From Nocardia brasiliensis ATCC 700358 (GTDB lineage Bacteria > Actinomycetota > Actinomycetes > Mycobacteriales > Mycobacteriaceae), in NCBI RefSeq assembly GCF_000250675.2, contig NC_018681.1, forward strand, positions 4,897,031 through 4,929,030: a stretch of DNA of 32,000 bases, given 5' to 3'. Positions 26,156 through 32,000 of the stretch are shown here, piece after piece (position 1 is the first letter of the stretch; every line of letters begins with the position of its first letter). The translations under genes were made by a program, and so were the position numbers. The notes beneath the pieces were generated by a model. It had not been told where the DNA came from and searched no databases. It worked only from the letters and a program-made list of their open reading frames with translations.

Positions 26156-26671
26156 TTACGTCATCGCCTCGCCCATGGCCGCCTCGTACTGCGCGATCTT
26201 CTCGGTGCGCGGTTGGGCCAAGCGCACGTAGTCGCCGGTGCGCAACGCCATCGACCGATCGAGCCGGGCCGCGTTGAAATACAGCTCGGGGATGTCGAGT
26301 ACACCGGGGTCGACGATGAGTTCGAGATCGGGATGAAACGAGAAGGGCAGGATCGTGCCCGCCACGGAACCGGAAAGATTCTCGGCGATCTCGGGGGTGG
26401 CAAAGGAAACATAGGTGCCGTCGAAGAGCGCGCGCACCGCGGTGAGATCGACCTTTGCGTCACCCGGCACCACCGCCAAGACGTACCGCTTGGTCTTCTT
26501 ACCGATCTTCACCATCACCACCATGCATTTCGCCGCATCGTGCAAGTCGTTGCCGCGCATCGGACTGACCAGATCGGTACGGCCCTCCGGTTCATGATCG
26601 ATCAATCGATATTCGGCGGAACCTGCGTCGAGGAACTCGATGAGGCGCTGGTAGGGATCACTCTGGGTCAT
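26156..26671 (-). CDS. YbaK/ProX (INS-domain) aminoacyl-tRNA deacylase-family protein; candidate fluorothreonyl-tRNA deacylase (FthB-like) by context
   Basis: The start is taken at ATG 26671 (MTQSDPYQRLIEFLD...). AAKCMVVMVK (conserved Lys region) and SGSVAGTILPF (GxxxP substrate loop) are typical of the YbaK/ProX editing domain. Confidence 0.8.
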   Translation of the reverse strand: MTQSDPYQRLIEFLDAGSAEYRLIDHEPEGRTDLVSPMRGNDLHDAAKCMVVMVKIGKKTKRYVLAVVPGDAKVDLTAVRALFDGTYVSFATPEIAENLSGSVAGTILPFSFHPDLELIVDPGVLDIPELYFNAARLDRSMALRTGDYVRLAQPRTEKIAQYEAAMGEAMT

Positions 26672-26863
26672 GCGAACCTTTCTGAGTCGACAAAGACCGA
26701 CGCGAGCACAACCTCCAGGCACAGCACATCCCGGCAGGTGTGGTGCGATAGACGAGCGTTTAGTAAAACGAACGATACCGACTACTATACTTTACGACAC
26801 AGGCACGGCGATAGTCCGTACATACCGTCGAATATCTACTGCCGCTTCGGTTTTACCGCAGGC

Positions 26864-27334
26864 TCAGGCGCCGGTGACCCGCGGTTCGCAGCGCACGTCG
26901 AAGTTGACGGAGTTGGCGATGAAGCAGAGATCATGGGCGCGCTCGTGCAGCGCGAGCGCGCGCTCCCGGTGCTGCGAATCGGCGATCTGTATCCGGGGGC
27001 GCAGTACTACTTCGGAGAAACGGCCGCCGCCCTCGGGATCTTCGACCATGGTGCCCGACGGGTGATCGGTGTATTCGGTGACCACGATCCCCGCGCGAGC
27101 GCACAGCACGAGGTACCAGAGCATGTGGCACTGCGACAGCGAGGCCACCAGCAGCTCTTCCGGATTCCAGTGTTCGGGCGCGCCGCGGAACGCCGGATCC
27201 GCTGTGCCGAGGATCGGCGGTTTGCCCTCGGCGCTGACGATATGCGATCGCTCGAAATCCCGGTACCCGCTGGTGCCCGTGCCGGTGTTACCGGTCCAGG
27301 CCACGTCCAGTGTGTACTCGTGCGCCTTGGTCAT
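26864..27334 (-). CDS. OsmC/Ohr-family peroxiredoxin-like protein
   Basis: 156 aa. WNPEELLVASLSQCHML and LCFIANS carry the two conserved Cys of OsmC. The start is only 10 nt after the upstream stop, with GGGGGTGG as RBS. Confidence 0.9.
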   Translation of the reverse strand: MTKAHEYTLDVAWTGNTGTGTSGYRDFERSHIVSAEGKPPILGTADPAFRGAPEHWNPEELLVASLSQCHMLWYLVLCARAGIVVTEYTDHPSGTMVEDPEGGGRFSEVVLRPRIQIADSQHRERALALHERAHDLCFIANSVNFDVRCEPRVTGA

Positions 27335-27344
27335 CCGCCACCCC

Positions 27345-29066
27345 CTATGGCACCGTCTCGATCAACTTCATCACACCTGTCAGTGTCGCAGCATAGCTCG
27401 GTTCGGTGGCGTAGCCTGCGGCCGCCACTTCGCGGGCGAACGCATAGGGATCGGCGGTGTGCGCGAACGCTTTCGCGTACCGGGGCTGCAACAGCACCCG
27501 CGCGTGGCCGTCGAACGACTCGGCCGGGGAAGCATAGGCCCGGAACCACGCGCGCACGACGTAGTTGTACCGGCCGTCGGGCCTCGGCGTCACCGAAATG
27601 ATCTCGGGGTAGCTACGGACGTTCGGTGTGCTGTGGACTTCCGTGGTCGTGCACAACTTACGTTGCGCCTCCGGCACTTTCGCACCCGCTTTGATGCCGA
27701 AGAAGTTGTTGCCGCAGGCCTTCGCGCCCCAACCGGTTTCGAGCGCCGCCTGACCGAGGGTGACCAGCCACGGTATGCGGCTGCGGGTTTCGTTCGCCTG
27801 CGCGTGCGGACGGTACTTGCGCACGAAATCGACGACGTGCGCGGGCACCCGGCCGCTCGGTCGCGGCCCGGGTTTCGGCGTCGGCGCAGGTGCGCTACCG
27901 CCGCCCAAGCCGGGAACAGGTCCGGCGAACAGCGGACTCGGCGATCGCGCACCCTCCCAGCTGAGGTCGACGTGAATGTGGTCGGTGTGCGGGTTGCTGC
28001 CGCCGTACGCCCGCCAACCCTGCGCCCGGTACTGCCAGCCCCACTGCCGTCGATTCCAAATGATGTACGCCACTTGCAATTCCACCGCGTTGGCCTGCAG
28101 CCAGGCGAGATAGGCGTCGACCTGCGCCCGGTGCGCCGGGTCCGCCGCGTTCGCGTAGAGGTCGATCGACCGCCCCTCCCCGTGCAGCGACGGGGTGCCG
28201 AAAGTGGTTGCCCGGCAGTTGAATGTGCCCGCCTGGCGGCCGGTCAAGCGCTTCCACTGATTCGCCATGGCGCGGGCGCCGGGCTGCTCCCCCGTCGCAC
28301 ACTTGGTGAACGAACCGCGCCGTACGATGCCCGCCGCACGATCGGGCGTCCGGGTCGGAGTGGGCGTGGGCGTAGGCGTTGGTCCCGGCTTCGGCGTCGA
28401 CCGGTTCAGGCGATACTGCCGCACATGGGCGAGTGCGGCCGCGTTGGCCGAACCGGTCAGATACGTCCAGGTGTCGGGTCGACCGCGCACGTCGATATGC
28501 GCGAACGTACCGCCGACGCCGAGCGCGATATCGTTGCCGCAGGCGTCGATCGCCAGTTCCGCGATCTGTAGTCCGGTGAGACCGGCGATGGTGATGTCGG
28601 CGGCCTGCCCGCTGCAATGCCTACTGAGCGTGGGCTTTTGCCCGCGCGCCCGGTAGACGGCGACATTGCTCGCCCAGGACCGGTAGCCCGAGGTGATCTT
28701 CACCGGCTTTCCCACTCGATCGCGGATCGCTTGCAGACAGCGGACCAGTGCCGGCGAGATGCGGGCGCGGTCTGCGGGACGTCCACCGCTGCTGACGAGT
28801 TCACCGACGGTGAAGTTCGGCGCCAGCTTCTTCGTGCGGACCTGCGGCCCGGTGTCGTAGAGCGGCAGGCCGGTGTTGTTCGGATCCCAATGCTCTTGCC
28901 CGGCGGCCGATGGGCCGGGCCGGGCGGTGAGCACCAGCCCTGACGGGAAACTTTCGGCCTCGAAGGCCGCCTCGGCACCAGCGCTGCTCTCGTCGAACTC
29001 GTGCTGCTCGACGGCACCGGATTCTTCGGCTGCGCTGTGGGCGGGCCACTCGGCAACGACACTCAT
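27345..29066 (-). CDS. Three-domain peptidoglycan hydrolase (M15A-like peptidase + LAS/VanY-like Zn peptidase + GH73 glucosaminidase), no signal peptide
   Basis: ATG 29066 is preferred (GGGAGG 6 nt upstream; the track starts at GTG 29069). Domain 1: FTVGEL..SGYRS..HCSGQAADI..AHIDV. Next comes a PT linker. Domain 2: HGEGRSID (Hx6D) and HTDHIHVD (HxH). Domain 3: LGQAALETGWG...NNFFGIKA (catalytic Glu at nt 27738-27740). The N-terminus is acidic and not signal-like. Confidence 0.85.
   Translation of the reverse strand: MSVVAEWPAHSAAEESGAVEQHEFDESSAGAEAAFEAESFPSGLVLTARPGPSAAGQEHWDPNNTGLPLYDTGPQVRTKKLAPNFTVGELVSSGGRPADRARISPALVRCLQAIRDRVGKPVKITSGYRSWASNVAVYRARGQKPTLSRHCSGQAADITIAGLTGLQIAELAIDACGNDIALGVGGTFAHIDVRGRPDTWTYLTGSANAAALAHVRQYRLNRSTPKPGPTPTPTPTPTRTPDRAAGIVRRGSFTKCATGEQPGARAMANQWKRLTGRQAGTFNCRATTFGTPSLHGEGRSIDLYANAADPAHRAQVDAYLAWLQANAVELQVAYIIWNRRQWGWQYRAQGWRAYGGSNPHTDHIHVDLSWEGARSPSPLFAGPVPGLGGGSAPAPTPKPGPRPSGRVPAHVVDFVRKYRPHAQANETRSRIPWLVTLGQAALETGWGAKACGNNFFGIKAGAKVPEAQRKLCTTTEVHSTPNVRSYPEIISVTPRPDGRYNYVVRAWFRAYASPAESFDGHARVLLQPRYAKAFAHTADPYAFAREVAAAGYATEPSYAATLTGVMKLIETVP
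28344..28394 (-). repeat. Pro-Thr linker-encoding low-complexity repeat
   Basis: Encodes PKPGPTPTPTPTPTRTP between domains 1 and 2 of the hydrolase. Confidence 0.8.
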
Positions 29067-29084
29067 CACTTGCCTCCCTACGTC

Positions 29085-31196
29085 TCAGTAGGTGCTCTGG
29101 TGGAGGGGGCGGCGCTCCCGCGGCGGCCGCGCGGGCGGCGCGGGACGCACCCCGAGGTCCGCGAGGGTGACCACGGTGCTGCCGCTGGTCCAGAAATTCT
29201 TCGCCTGCCCCCGCGCGACGAGCTCGACGCACGCGGCGTGCGCGCACTGGCTGACGCCGGGGCGGGCGGGATGGAATTCGTAGTAGTCCAGCATCGAGAT
29301 CTCGATCCGGGTGGCGGGCTTCTTCCGCCAATCCTTGGGCGCGGACGGCAGCACCCGCCACTGCACGCAGTCGATCGCGCCATAAGCGAATTGCAGGTCG
29401 CTGTCGCGATATTCGCTCTGCTCGAGCCGGGTGAAGCCGATGTCGCCACCGCGCGCGATCGACTTGCGGATCTTCTCCCGCACGCCGGCCGACCGCTTGA
29501 TCATGTCGGCCACGTCGATGGTGACCTCGGCACCGCTGGCACCGAGGAAGTGCGCGAACAGCCGGGCCGCGAGCGGCCCCGCGGCGATCACACGCGCCAT
29601 CGAGAACAGCGCCACATCGCGCGGATCGCCGAACGCGCACGCACAATCGATGGCCGCTTTGGCGTCGAGGCGATGACTGGTCAGGCTGCAGCGCTTGCGG
29701 AATCGCTGCTGCATCTCGCTCCAGGGCGCCTCCGGCCTCAGATCGTCCTGTACCGGCTTGCATTTGCCGAGCATCCGGCGAGCGCGGGCGGGCGGAGCTT
29801 CTTCCTCTAACGATTCGCTGTCCTTGCACCGGCACCCGCACTCCTGCGCGATCGACTCCCCCGCGAAATCCTCGGATTCCCAACCGGTCTCGCCCCAGTA
29901 TTCGCCGTCGCCCTCCTGCGGCGTCCACAGCTCCTCGGTGCTCTCGTCGGCCGCCTCCCGGCTGAGGACCCCGCCGCTCAGGTTCGCGGACGCGTCGGCG
30001 AGCAGCTGCCAGCCGAATCGACGCGGAATATCGTTGTGCGGCACCCGTGTTCGCTCCACCCGGAAGTTCGGCGAACCGGCCGCCCGGACCGCCGCCCCGA
30101 CCCGCTCACTGGCCCGCGCGGTGCCCTCACCGGGGCGGTACAGCACCCGCAGCGCGCCGGTACCCGCCGCCATGCGCTTGCGCGCCCAGTCGATCAACGC
30201 TTTCGGATCGTTGTACAGCGCGTCGAAGGTGTGCACCTCGTCCGGATCGGTGTGCCCCAGGACCGACATCAGCGCCGCTCCACCGCCGGAGTGTGCGGTC
30301 AAAATCAGCCGATTGCGCCGTACGCTCGTTCCGGTCGCCGCGCCGAAACGGGCCAGCGCGTCATCGATCAGCGCTTGCAGTGCACCGGGTTTCGTGAGCG
30401 CCGGGAACGTGTAGCGTGCCGGATTGCCCTTCGGCTGATGGTGACCGCGGGGCAGGATCAGCAACGTCGGGACGGTCCGTCCGGCGACTCCCGGCTTGGC
30501 CGGATCGGTGAAATCCAGTCCGCTGATCGGCTTCTTGTGCTTGACGATCTGCATGGCCGCGCCGTGACCGGAGTAGCCGTGCAAGTGGACGACCACATCG
30601 ACCACCGAGGGCTCGACCATGCCGTTCCACTCGATCAGCAGATCCGGTGGCGTGCCCGCGTGCGCACGCAATTGGGGATGCCGGTGCACGAGCAACCGGC
30701 CGGGTGTCACCGCGACTGGCTGGGCGTCTTCGTAATCCGCGTCTTCGTAATCCGCATCCTCGTAATCGGCTTCCCCGTAGTCGGCTTCCTCGTGGTCGGC
30801 CTCCTCATAGTGGATGTTCTCGAAGTCGGCATCCTCGAAGTCGGCGTTCTCGTAGTCGACCTCTTCGTAGACCCCGCCTTCGTAGCCGGCGTTCCCGTAG
30901 TCCGCTTCCGTATCGTCTGCGGCCTCGAAAGTCGCTGCCTCGCTGTCTACTTCGAAGACAGCGTCCTCCTGGCCGGCGTCCTCGCGGTCGCACTCGGTCC
31001 CGTAGGCGTAGTCCGCCTCGGTATCCCCGGCTTCGTCGAACTCGGTGTCGGAATCCTCGTTCTGCCAGCCGGTTTCGCCGTCGTGCTCCAGCGCACCCAC
31101 GTCTTCGGCGAAGACGTCTTCGCGCGTGGGCCACACGCCGGTATCGGGCGTCGCCTCGGGCGAAGCGAAGATCGATGATTCGGCAACGGTACTCAT
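29085..31196 (-). CDS. Large hypothetical protein: hyper-acidic repeat N-terminus + alpha/beta-hydrolase-like core (AHSGG) + Cys-rich unknown C-terminal domain
   Basis: ATG 31196 (MSTVAESS...) has TGGAG 7 nt upstream (the track starts at TTG 31208). There is no signal peptide. LILTAHSGGG is an AxSxG nucleophile elbow (Ser codon at 30288-30290), with a downstream VPHNDIP. The C-terminal ~230 aa have no recognisable family. Confidence 0.8.
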   Translation of the reverse strand: MSTVAESSIFASPEATPDTGVWPTREDVFAEDVGALEHDGETGWQNEDSDTEFDEAGDTEADYAYGTECDREDAGQEDAVFEVDSEAATFEAADDTEADYGNAGYEGGVYEEVDYENADFEDADFENIHYEEADHEEADYGEADYEDADYEDADYEDAQPVAVTPGRLLVHRHPQLRAHAGTPPDLLIEWNGMVEPSVVDVVVHLHGYSGHGAAMQIVKHKKPISGLDFTDPAKPGVAGRTVPTLLILPRGHHQPKGNPARYTFPALTKPGALQALIDDALARFGAATGTSVRRNRLILTAHSGGGAALMSVLGHTDPDEVHTFDALYNDPKALIDWARKRMAAGTGALRVLYRPGEGTARASERVGAAVRAAGSPNFRVERTRVPHNDIPRRFGWQLLADASANLSGGVLSREAADESTEELWTPQEGDGEYWGETGWESEDFAGESIAQECGCRCKDSESLEEEAPPARARRMLGKCKPVQDDLRPEAPWSEMQQRFRKRCSLTSHRLDAKAAIDCACAFGDPRDVALFSMARVIAAGPLAARLFAHFLGASGAEVTIDVADMIKRSAGVREKIRKSIARGGDIGFTRLEQSEYRDSDLQFAYGAIDCVQWRVLPSAPKDWRKKPATRIEISMLDYYEFHPARPGVSQCAHAACVELVARGQAKNFWTSGSTVVTLADLGVRPAPPARPPRERRPLHQSTY
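30720..30854 (-). repeat. 15-nt periodic tandem repeat encoding nine [Y/F/H]-[E/G]-[E/D/N]-A-D pentapeptides
   Basis: The peptide is YENAD FEDAD FENIH YEEAD HEEAD YGEAD YEDAD YEDAD YEDAQ. The DNA shows gcgtcttcgtaatcc repeated with drift. Confidence 0.85.
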
Positions 31197-31249
31197 ATCA
31201 GGCTCCAATCGGTATCGCGCGATGGCGAAAGGCTCGACGTCCCAGCGGC

Positions 31250-32000
31250 TCAGAGCCGTGGGGCAACTCGTCGATGTCCGTTCGTCGCGGCCGCCGCCGG
31301 CGCCGCCGGTGCCGAGGGTGCGGTGGTGCCGGACAGCACGCCGGCGGGCAGCAGTTTCGTCGGCTGTGCCGATCGGACCTGATTCGTGCTGCGGCGCATG
31401 GTGACCGCCAGATCCTTGACCCGCTCACCAGTCGCCGACTGCCACAGATCGATGATGCGGTTCATCGTCTGGGCGGGGCCGGGCCCCGGCACGCCGGTGG
31501 AGCGATACAGCAGTTCGGCCTGCGACTGTTCGTCGAACACCCCGAGCTCGATCGCCCACAGCAGCGGGGAGACCAGCGTGGCGAGTTCGAACAGTTCCCG
31601 CGCCTGACGCGAGGGCGCCACGCCGACTCGCCTGCCGATCGTCGCGAGCCGATCGGCCGGGTTGCCGCCGCTGATGCCCGCGTTGGCGCTGAGATCCCGG
31701 ACCACGGCGCTCTCGTAGTCGACCGTGAGATGGAACCAGTTCAGCAGGCAGACGTAGCTGAACTCTTCGCGCGAGAGCATCCCGCCGAGCCTGCGCAACC
31801 GCAGCATCTCGGCCAGCGTCTGGCACAGGTATCCGATGTAACTGGCGTCGGTCGGGTTCGAGCCGGAGGTGTTGCGCTCGTTCTCGATGCCGAGCCAGAC
31901 CTGCCGCAGCAGTTCGTTCCACATCTCGATGAAGCGGATGTTGCTCGCGGCGCCCGCGTCTCGCTTCCATGCCTGGCTGTCCGCACCGGGCGCCGGATGC
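31250..32000 (-). CDS. Hypothetical protein (N-terminus beyond window)
   Basis: The track ORF is 31250..31924, but the frame stays open upstream of the ATG to nt 32000 (…QAWKRDAGAASNIRFIEMWNELL…), so the gene probably starts outside the window. No family recognised. It sits 41 nt upstream of the acidic-repeat protein gene. Confidence 0.6.
   Translation of the reverse strand, partial: HPAPGADSQAWKRDAGAASNIRFIEMWNELLRQVWLGIENERNTSGSNPTDASYIGYLCQTLAEMLRLRRLGGMLSREEFSYVCLLNWFHLTVDYESAVVRDLSANAGISGGNPADRLATIGRRVGVAPSRQARELFELATLVSPLLWAIELGVFDEQSQAELLYRSTGVPGPGPAQTMNRIIDLWQSATGERVKDLAVTMRRSTNQVRSAQPTKLLPAGVLSGTTAPSAPAAPAAAATNGHRRVAPRL

Noticed and set aside
26784-26812. TATAGT (-10-like, minus strand 26789-26784) with TGTACG at -35 as the promoter of the YbaK-like gene
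   Set aside because: The -10 is plausible in this AT-rich patch, but the -35 match is poor (3/6) and it implies a leader of about 110 nt. That is too weak to annotate without transcript data.
30720-30854. Periodic 15-nt repeats as a possible CRISPR or minisatellite
   Set aside because: There are no spacers, the period is too short, and the repeats are in-frame within a long ORF. They encode a pentapeptide repeat.

Overview
High-GC actinomycete DNA, probably Nocardia-like. It is gene-dense, and I found no rRNA, tRNA, CRISPR array, transposase or integrase. All calls come from reading the supplied ORF translations and the DNA; no database search was run. The ORF track renders GTG and TTG starts as M, and many long ORFs are off-frame shadows typical of high-GC DNA. 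I therefore re-picked starts using RBS and overlap logic.

The window has four blocks.

(1) 1-3288: housekeeping or stress genes. These are an M14 carboxypeptidase (partial, missed by the track), a YbdK-type ligase, CsbD and an SDR.

(2) 3417-13957: a tightly coupled nine-gene divergent cluster. It combines all three lux-type fatty-acid-reductase components (LuxC-, LuxE- and LuxD-like) and a LuxA/B-like flavin monooxygenase. Alongside these sit a flavin-dependent halogenase, a Zn-ribbon threonine-synthase-like PLP enzyme, an opine-type dehydrogenase, a small ferredoxin and a family-less 432-aa protein. I know of no characterised pathway with this gene set.

(3) 13915-26671: an organofluorine (4-fluorothreonine-type) island. 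It encodes a fluorinase (FlA-type, GTG start), SAH hydrolase, a cation/H+ antiporter, an MTAP-like 5'-FDA phosphorylase, adenine phosphoribosyltransferase, an MtnA-like isomerase and an SHMT-aldolase fusion transaldolase. It also carries an XRE-cupin regulator, an EamA exporter, an atypical LuxR-type response regulator, a Usp protein and a YbaK-type aminoacyl-tRNA deacylase. The exporter and deacylase resemble the FthC/FthB self-resistance logic.

(4) 26864-32000: a minus-strand operon of signal-peptide-less proteins. It contains a three-domain peptidoglycan hydrolase, a 700-aa protein with a hyper-acidic pentapeptide-repeat N-terminus and an AxSxG hydrolase core, an unknown partial protein and OsmC.

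The fluorinase itself is probably already known from genome mining (it looks like the Nocardia brasiliensis-type enzyme). The most novel-looking element is the lux/halogenase cluster, which physically interlocks with the fluorinase operon through overlapping convergent 3' ends.
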